Source of the DNA: an uncultured virus (IMG/VR IMGVR_UViG_3300027708_002528)
Taxonomy: Duplodnaviria; Heunggongvirae; Uroviricota; Caudoviricetes
Virus record (IMG/VR): IMGVR_UViG_3300027708_002528
Reading direction: 5' to 3' (one strand)
Length of the DNA: 64,000 nucleotides
The notes under the pieces were generated by a model. It was not told where the DNA came from. It did not search any database and was given only the letters and a program-made list of their open reading frames with translations. This document shows, in pieces, positions 59,184-64,000 of the stretch (positions are counted from its first letter, which is position 1; each line of letters opens with the position of its first letter). A program made the translations under genes and the position numbers.

Positions 59184-59700
59184 TCGTTTTTTCTTTGTAA
59201 AAGATATGCCTACCAATTTTTGTAATTCGTTTCAGATCCCATCCTGGAGACACATAGTCTGCATGATAGTAGAGAGCGCGATTAGCATATAGCATATCAT
59301 GCGCAACGGGCTCAGTCAATGCTTTTTTAGCGATAAGTTGAGACTCTTCCCATAGATACTTGTCCTTTTTAGGAAGATTGGTTAGACAATACCATGAGAA
59401 TTGGCAAACAATGTATCCGTTCGAGGATGTCTTCTGTTTGACCACGCGACAAATGTCTGATGGAAATTTACCACTAGACGACCTATTGAGTGTCACTTGA
59501 GCCACCGCAAGCTTTCCTTCATAAGGTTCTGTTGCTGCTTCATAGTAAATATTTTCTGCGAGACAATGTACCTGCTCCTTAAATATAGGAGCTTGAGTTT
59601 TGATTACATATTCATTGGGTCGATATAGAAGACTTCCGATGAAAATCATCGAGCTTACCAAAGCCAATAGTATGATAGAGGAGTTTTTAGATCCCTGCAT
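59176..59700 (-). CDS. SleB-like cell wall hydrolase (Hydrolase_2) with an N-terminal membrane anchor
   Basis: CLAENIYYEA..EP..GKLAVAQVTLNR...FP..IC.VV.Q...CQFSW...ALYYHADYVSPGW...IGRHIFY; start at the ATG at 59700. Confidence 0.9.
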   Translation of the reverse strand: MQGSKNSSIILLALVSSMIFIGSLLYRPNEYVIKTQAPIFKEQVHCLAENIYYEAATEPYEGKLAVAQVTLNRSSSGKFPSDICRVVKQKTSSNGYIVCQFSWYCLTNLPKKDKYLWEESQLIAKKALTEPVAHDMLYANRALYYHADYVSPGWDLKRITKIGRHIFYKEKTNG

Positions 59701-59737
59701 TATTGCACCTTTTTGATCAAATTTGAATAATGAAAGA

Positions 59738-60049
59738 GCCAACTGATTGGGTGATAAGGACAGTTGGCGAAACCCCAGAATCAGTTACGCTGCGAGAGCG
59801 AAAACCTCATCGTTAGACGCTTTATTTGCGTTTACTTTTTTTGCTTGATTTACGGTCATCGCCTACCGTGTTGCCGTCTCCACTAGCTCACCTTGTCGAA
59901 ACCGGTCGGACCCATCAAAAGCACACATAAAACTAAGATTTTGCATAGCTGCCTTAGTCACTTGCTATCAGTGTGTGTGCTTTTGGTGGATCCGGGGGGA
60001 ATCGAACCCCCGTCCAAGATGCCTTCATTTTGAAGGGATTACAACAATA
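59738..60049 (-). ncRNA. ssrA: Circularly permuted (two-piece) tmRNA
   Basis: Acceptor piece ends GGACGGGGGTTCGATTCCCCCCGGATCCACCA (3' end 59984). A 70-nt spacer follows. The coding piece starts GGGTCCGACCGGTTTCGAC (59913). Tag frame 59829-59785 reads ANKASNDEVFALAA*. Outer ends are approximate. Confidence 0.92.
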
Positions 60050-60053
60050 CTTT

Positions 60054-60061
60054 TATTTATA
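60054..60061 (-). promoter_or_regulatory. Late promoter TATAAATA driving the tmRNA
   Basis: Exact consensus immediately above the acceptor piece. Confidence 0.8.
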
Positions 60062-60065
60062 CCAG

Positions 60066-60650
60066 TTAGTCAATACCAACCATTTCCACTTCACTTCGAT
60101 TCAACATTCCTCCGATAGGTGTATAAAACTTGAATTCGATATAATCCACATCTTCTTTCTTGAACTCAAACCCTCGATTCTTACGCAGAACTGAGTGAAA
60201 TTGCGTCATCGTAGTTGGATGAAACCTACCTACTGTTTCGGTATTACCTTTACCTGGATAACCACCTTCTTTGGTTCCTATCAGATGAGCTTCTGTGTCA
60301 TCATGTGCTTTGTGAAGAACTGAATCTTGTCCATACTTTTCTCCGTGCTTCTTGAGAAAGCCTTTGAGCTTACCGCCATCATCACCTTTAGATCCTACGA
60401 TTAGATAGGAATGTTCATCGACAGCAGTTGCGTCTGGTGTTCCATGATTTTCAATGTATCGACCTTTGACATGAACAAAACCAAATCCATGTGATCTGAT
60501 ATCCGCCTCAAGCTTCTTATTTCGGCGAGCATTCTCAGTACTATCATACTCACCTCGATGAGCGGTGATAGCACCGATATTGCGATCTTTTGTGTGCTGG
60601 AGAACTCTTCCTACACTGGATTCATTAAGGATAGTTTTTAGTGTCTTCAT
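60066..60650 (-). CDS. Hypothetical protein, candidate internal head protein
   Basis: 194 aa; starts MKTLKTILNESS; contains ITAHRG, GRYIEN, YGQDSVL. Confidence 0.7.
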   Translation of the reverse strand: MKTLKTILNESSVGRVLQHTKDRNIGAITAHRGEYDSTENARRNKKLEADIRSHGFGFVHVKGRYIENHGTPDATAVDEHSYLIVGSKGDDGGKLKGFLKKHGEKYGQDSVLHKAHDDTEAHLIGTKEGGYPGKGNTETVGRFHPTTMTQFHSVLRKNRGFEFKKEDVDYIEFKFYTPIGGMLNRSEVEMVGID

Positions 60651-60712
60651 GTTGGATGAATTGGATTAGAAGTGACTAGTATACACTAGTTATACGAAAT
60701 AAACAGGTAATA

Positions 60713-61378
60713 TTAAATATTTTTTCTCTTATATTTGGATATTATCCTAACTAAAGTTTCAATATGATCCTCAGTTTTCTCTATGAATACTAAAGGCGCA
60801 TCATTCTCAACAGCCATTATGATAACTAATTGATCTACAGGAATTCTTGTTAATTCTTCAGACATTAAAGCATATGCACAAGTCTGTGCAAAATAATCAG
60901 CGATATCATCCTTATTTTTAACTCTAGATGATGTTTTGAAATCGATAACGGAAAGCTTACCCTCATATTCTGCGATAGCGTCAACTCGACCTGCCAATTC
61001 TAGGTCCTCTGACCATAGAGATTGTTCCATATAGTGGATGTTATTAATTTTATCGACATATGGCTTTATCGATATAAACATCTCCATCGCATCAGGCATG
61101 AAGCTTTCCTGTCTTAGGTTACGCCCTAACATGTACTTTTCGCATATCGTATGGATATTAGTTCCTCGGGAACTTGCTTTTTTCGATATGCGATTTGCCT
61201 CCGCTTCTCCTACACGAGCGCGCCACTCCATGATTGCGGCTTTCTTCATTGAACCCACGACGGTTGTGACTGAAGGAACTTTTTTACCTGAAGGTAGAGT
61301 GTAGAATCTCTTTCCGTCAGATTGTGTTTCTGAGGTCAGATTTGGTAATGTGCGAGGAGGACAAAAATTAAACGTCAT
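60713..61378 (-). CDS. PD-(D/E)xK exonuclease
   Basis: PSVTTV, WRARVGEAEAN, RGTNIH, AGRVDAIAEY, IDFKTS, YFAQ..AYA. Confidence 0.88.
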   Translation of the reverse strand: MTFNFCPPRTLPNLTSETQSDGKRFYTLPSGKKVPSVTTVVGSMKKAAIMEWRARVGEAEANRISKKASSRGTNIHTICEKYMLGRNLRQESFMPDAMEMFISIKPYVDKINNIHYMEQSLWSEDLELAGRVDAIAEYEGKLSVIDFKTSSRVKNKDDIADYFAQTCAYALMSEELTRIPVDQLVIIMAVENDAPLVFIEKTEDHIETLVRIISKYKRKNI

Positions 61379-61427
61379 AATTTAGTTTAACCAACCGCAT
61401 CATAAATGCGAGAAGTATCTCCATTTT

Positions 61428-61697
61428 TCATTCAGCTTTGCGGGCTTCAACTTCCATTGGGTTATTTTCATAACCATAGCGAAGTTGAAAGGAAAGATAT
61501 TTAATGTAAAACATTACTACGCCAATATCTTGCGCTTGCTTCCAATGAACCGTTTCATGGTTGTAAATATTTTTGTCGTTTATATGATCAGGTCTAATAA
61601 AAATGCCGAACGGGGGTAGGGTAATAGCGTGATGACCTACAAACTTTAAATACCACTTAACCGGGCCTTTGGCTTCAAAGAATTTAGGCTCGCTCAT
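61428..61697 (-). CDS. Small HExxH protein (zinc-metallopeptidase-like)
   Basis: AITLPPFGIF, NHETVHWKQ, NPMEVEAR. Confidence 0.65.
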   Translation of the reverse strand: MSEPKFFEAKGPVKWYLKFVGHHAITLPPFGIFIRPDHINDKNIYNHETVHWKQAQDIGVVMFYIKYLSFQLRYGYENNPMEVEARKAE

Positions 61698-62714
61698 TTA
61701 TACTACCGCTCCGTATACACGGGTTAGATCGTTTGATACAAAAGCCAAAGACGCGCCATTTAGAGAAACGGCTTTACCTCCTGCCGCGCCAGCGTAGTCA
61801 TTAGAATACCCACCGGAAGCCCCCCATCCTCCGCCACCTGCTCCAGCATAGATAGTAGAACTGCCTCCCGGTGAATTTGCGCTACCTCCCGGAGATCCAT
61901 AGACATAATCCCCGTCAGACGGGACAACAACAGATCCCCCTCCTCCGCCAGCACCTGCCGCCGTACCGGGATTATTACCTTGCTGGTAGCCCGAGCCACC
62001 CACTCCCGGAAAAATGCGACCTCCTCCTCCGCCGCCGTTCTTGCCGTAGCGATAAAGTCCAACACCGCCGTAATCTCCAATTAAACCTCCAGCCCCTCCA
62101 TCTGTAAGATAGGCGCCTGATTGTCCTCCCGCTCCTCCTCCTGCTCCGCCACCCCCTCCTACATCATTTATTGAGGCGGCCGGACTACCCGCGCCCCCGC
62201 CACCACCTCCGGCAATCCACGCAGAACCATAAGTATTATCAATTGTAAATACAGCGGCGCTATTAAGCTGTATGGCATCGGTGCCCGCAGTGGGAGGGGT
62301 ATATGTTCCCGGTAACCAACTACCTCCGTTACCGCCGGTACCGGCAATGACCCCAAGATTAATAATTTTTACTGTGTCACCATAATTGTTGTTTACAATT
62401 CGCAAACCATTAGCCAGCCAAACACCGTAGTTTACAGTAATAGTTAAATCAGTTCTCCCGGCTGAATAACCAGACAAACTTGAAACATAAACCGTAACGG
62501 TAGAATAGGTAGAAGAACTATAAGTCAGACTTAACGCCACACGATTACTTTTACCGTACAGATTACTCATTGAGATAGTAGATTGGGGAGTTGGAACGCC
62601 AGCAAGACTACGAACCGCAGAATCATTCATATTAATATTCTGTGTCGAAGGTCTTCCTAATTCGGAATTGACCTGCGATAAACTTATAGGGTTGCCTGGT
62701 TGAACGAGAGCCAT
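61698..62714 (-). CDS. Glycine-rich tail-fibre adhesin (T2/S16 gp38-like)
   Basis: N-terminal ISLSQVNSELG...ISMSNLYGKS, then IINLGVIAGTGGNGG, IAGGGGGG, many poly-Gly strands, GGGGWGASGG, and a YGAV C-terminus. Confidence 0.78.
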   Translation of the reverse strand: MALVQPGNPISLSQVNSELGRPSTQNINMNDSAVRSLAGVPTPQSTISMSNLYGKSNRVALSLTYSSSTYSTVTVYVSSLSGYSAGRTDLTITVNYGVWLANGLRIVNNNYGDTVKIINLGVIAGTGGNGGSWLPGTYTPPTAGTDAIQLNSAAVFTIDNTYGSAWIAGGGGGGAGSPAASINDVGGGGGAGGGAGGQSGAYLTDGGAGGLIGDYGGVGLYRYGKNGGGGGGRIFPGVGGSGYQQGNNPGTAAGAGGGGGSVVVPSDGDYVYGSPGGSANSPGGSSTIYAGAGGGGWGASGGYSNDYAGAAGGKAVSLNGASLAFVSNDLTRVYGAVV

Positions 62715-62736
62715 CTATTACAGTCCTTTTATCTCT

Positions 62737-63480
62737 TTAGTTACTATCGTCATAATGTATTTTAGCCAGAATATAATCTTTCACCAAGCTACTTCTAACA
62801 ATGTCATCGGCAGTGAATTCAATCTTTGTGAATGCATTCATAGATTGGCAAATGTCAAAGAATTTTAGAATTCCTGACATATCATTCTTTCTTTTATTTA
62901 GGTCTGTTTGACGATAATCTCCACACCAAATAATTTTTGAACGATATCCTACCCGGGTCATGACAGTATCAATTTCTTCAAAGGTAAGGTTCTGCATTTC
63001 GTCAACGATGATGATCGCATCATCAAAACTCATACCTCTAATGAAACTTGTAGAGATGAATTCGATATATCCCTGTTCAGTCAATCTTTGATATGAATCT
63101 TTCCTTCCGAAAAGAGTCTCGCAAATCTGTACGTATGGCTGTTGATAGATTTCCATCTTTTCATTTACGTCACCTGGCAGGTGACCCATCTCGCGAGATT
63201 GAACCGCAGATCGAACCATGATTATTTTTTTAAATGGATTTCCCTTGTCCAGAACTTCTTCCAGTGCTTTGTACATTGCACAGAATGTTTTTCCTGTTCC
63301 TGCCACACCATGCAGTGCTACGAAATAGTCGCCTCTGCGATATCCATCAAAGAATAGTTTTTGATTATTTGTTAATGGGTCAAAAGTTTTTAAATGATCT
63401 ATGGTTATTTTTAGTGTGTTTGGGGAAGGTTTCACATGTTCAACATGAGTATCTACGTCATTCTTTCTTCTAGTCGCCAT
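62737..63480 (-). CDS. phoH: PhoH-family ATPase
   Basis: LHGVAGTGKT, RSAV, GHLPG, FIRGMSF, DEMQN, GDYRQTDL, DIVRS; start at 63480 from the GAGAGG RBS. Confidence 0.93.
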   Translation of the reverse strand: MATRRKNDVDTHVEHVKPSPNTLKITIDHLKTFDPLTNNQKLFFDGYRRGDYFVALHGVAGTGKTFCAMYKALEEVLDKGNPFKKIIMVRSAVQSREMGHLPGDVNEKMEIYQQPYVQICETLFGRKDSYQRLTEQGYIEFISTSFIRGMSFDDAIIIVDEMQNLTFEEIDTVMTRVGYRSKIIWCGDYRQTDLNKRKNDMSGILKFFDICQSMNAFTKIEFTADDIVRSSLVKDYILAKIHYDDSN

Positions 63481-63503
63481 GCATCCTCTCTTATTGCGGT
63501 AAG

Positions 63504-63785
63504 TTACCATTCTCGGGGTAGTTTAGTTTTATGAGTCCTTCGAAGATTATTACGTGGAACTTTTTCTATCATACGTTGAATAACACCTTTCTCAAAGGCT
63601 GAATCCGCCTTGCCGATTCCAGGCGTGTTCATTCGCATCGAATCTCCAAAACCAGGAAAGTCTTCGATGGAATGATATCGTTCTAAGTGAGCGTTTTTTT
63701 GCTTGAATTCATCTAGTTCAGTGGACCTAAACTTATGCTCTTCAATTTCATTGGTCAAAGTGTTTCTAAACGTATACGTCGGCAT
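63504..63785 (-). CDS. Hypothetical protein (FmdB-like N-terminus MPTYTF, lacking the Cys pairs)
   Basis: 93-aa ORF directly upstream of phoH. Confidence 0.65.
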   Translation of the reverse strand: MPTYTFRNTLTNEIEEHKFRSTELDEFKQKNAHLERYHSIEDFPGFGDSMRMNTPGIGKADSAFEKGVIQRMIEKVPRNNLRRTHKTKLPREW

Positions 63786-64000
63786 TTTTCATTTCCATTT
63801 CATAAAACCAATCAGGAACTTCTCTACTATTTATCTTACCTTTCCATGAAGACAGATGCTGTTTGTTCATGAAATAATAATTTCGATATGATTGAATAGA
63901 GTTCCCTTTGACTTTGCAATCATCTGGCATCGCAGGTGTTGGCTCAGTGAATGAATTATTCGATATATTGTTAGGAACATTCGAAAGAAGCGTCTCCACA
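63766..64000 (-). CDS. Pyrimidine-dimer DNA glycosylase-like (DenV-related) protein, 3' part
   Basis: PTPAMPDDCK..NSIQSYRNYY..K....WK....P.WF; truncated by the window edge. Confidence 0.65.
   Translation of the reverse strand, partial: VETLLSNVPNNISNNSFTEPTPAMPDDCKVKGNSIQSYRNYYFMNKQHLSSWKGKINSREVPDWFYEMEMKNADVYV

Noticed and set aside
59984..60015. tRNA gene (T-arm plus CCA)
   Set aside because: There is no D-arm or anticodon arm upstream. The matching 5' acceptor strand lies downstream, as expected for a permuted tmRNA.
59973..60194. 73-aa plus-strand ORF (GGSGGNRTPVQ)
   Set aside because: It is the antisense reading of the tmRNA T-arm, a typical spurious ORF.
1023..63473. The many short ORFs antisense to, or nested in, long genes
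   Set aside because: They have no recognisable motifs or ribosome-binding sites and are explained by the codon bias of the overlapping real genes.
1..64000. Introns, inteins, homing endonucleases or stop-codon reassignment
   Set aside because: Core genes (gp17, gp18, gp20, gp23, uvsW) are uninterrupted and of ordinary length under the standard code, and I recognised no HNH, GIY-YIG or LAGLIDADG ORF.

Overview
This is a 64-kb, AT-rich segment of a large T4-like (myovirus) phage genome, mostly on the minus strand. It holds recombination, repair and late-transcription genes (gp46 partial, gp47, gp55, uvsW, uvsY) and the head, tail, terminase and neck block (gp3, gp23-gp13). It then has a ~21-kb fibre/accessory virion region and the baseplate block (gp8, gp7-like, gp6, gp25, gp5, hub, gp53, gp48). 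A plus-strand island follows (gp4, gp2, gp54-like, gp26, gp51-like, two tape-measure-like paralogues), and finally a mixed block with gp32, gp59, gp33, SleB, an exonuclease and PhoH. Two signals are missing from the ORF track. (1) A complete circularly permuted, two-piece tmRNA gene under a late TATAAATA promoter, encoding the tag ANKASNDEVFALAA. (2) A gp51-like frame with no suitable start codon, reachable from gp26 by a -1 shift on a T9 slippery run, in the position of lambda G/GT-type tail chaperones. Also notable are an HxH-tipped gp5 with no lysozyme or PAAR, a probable circularly permuted DNRLRE/disaggregatase domain, an orphan gp38-like adhesin and a poly-Gly baseplate extension. All family assignments come from recognising motifs and synteny; no database searches were run.
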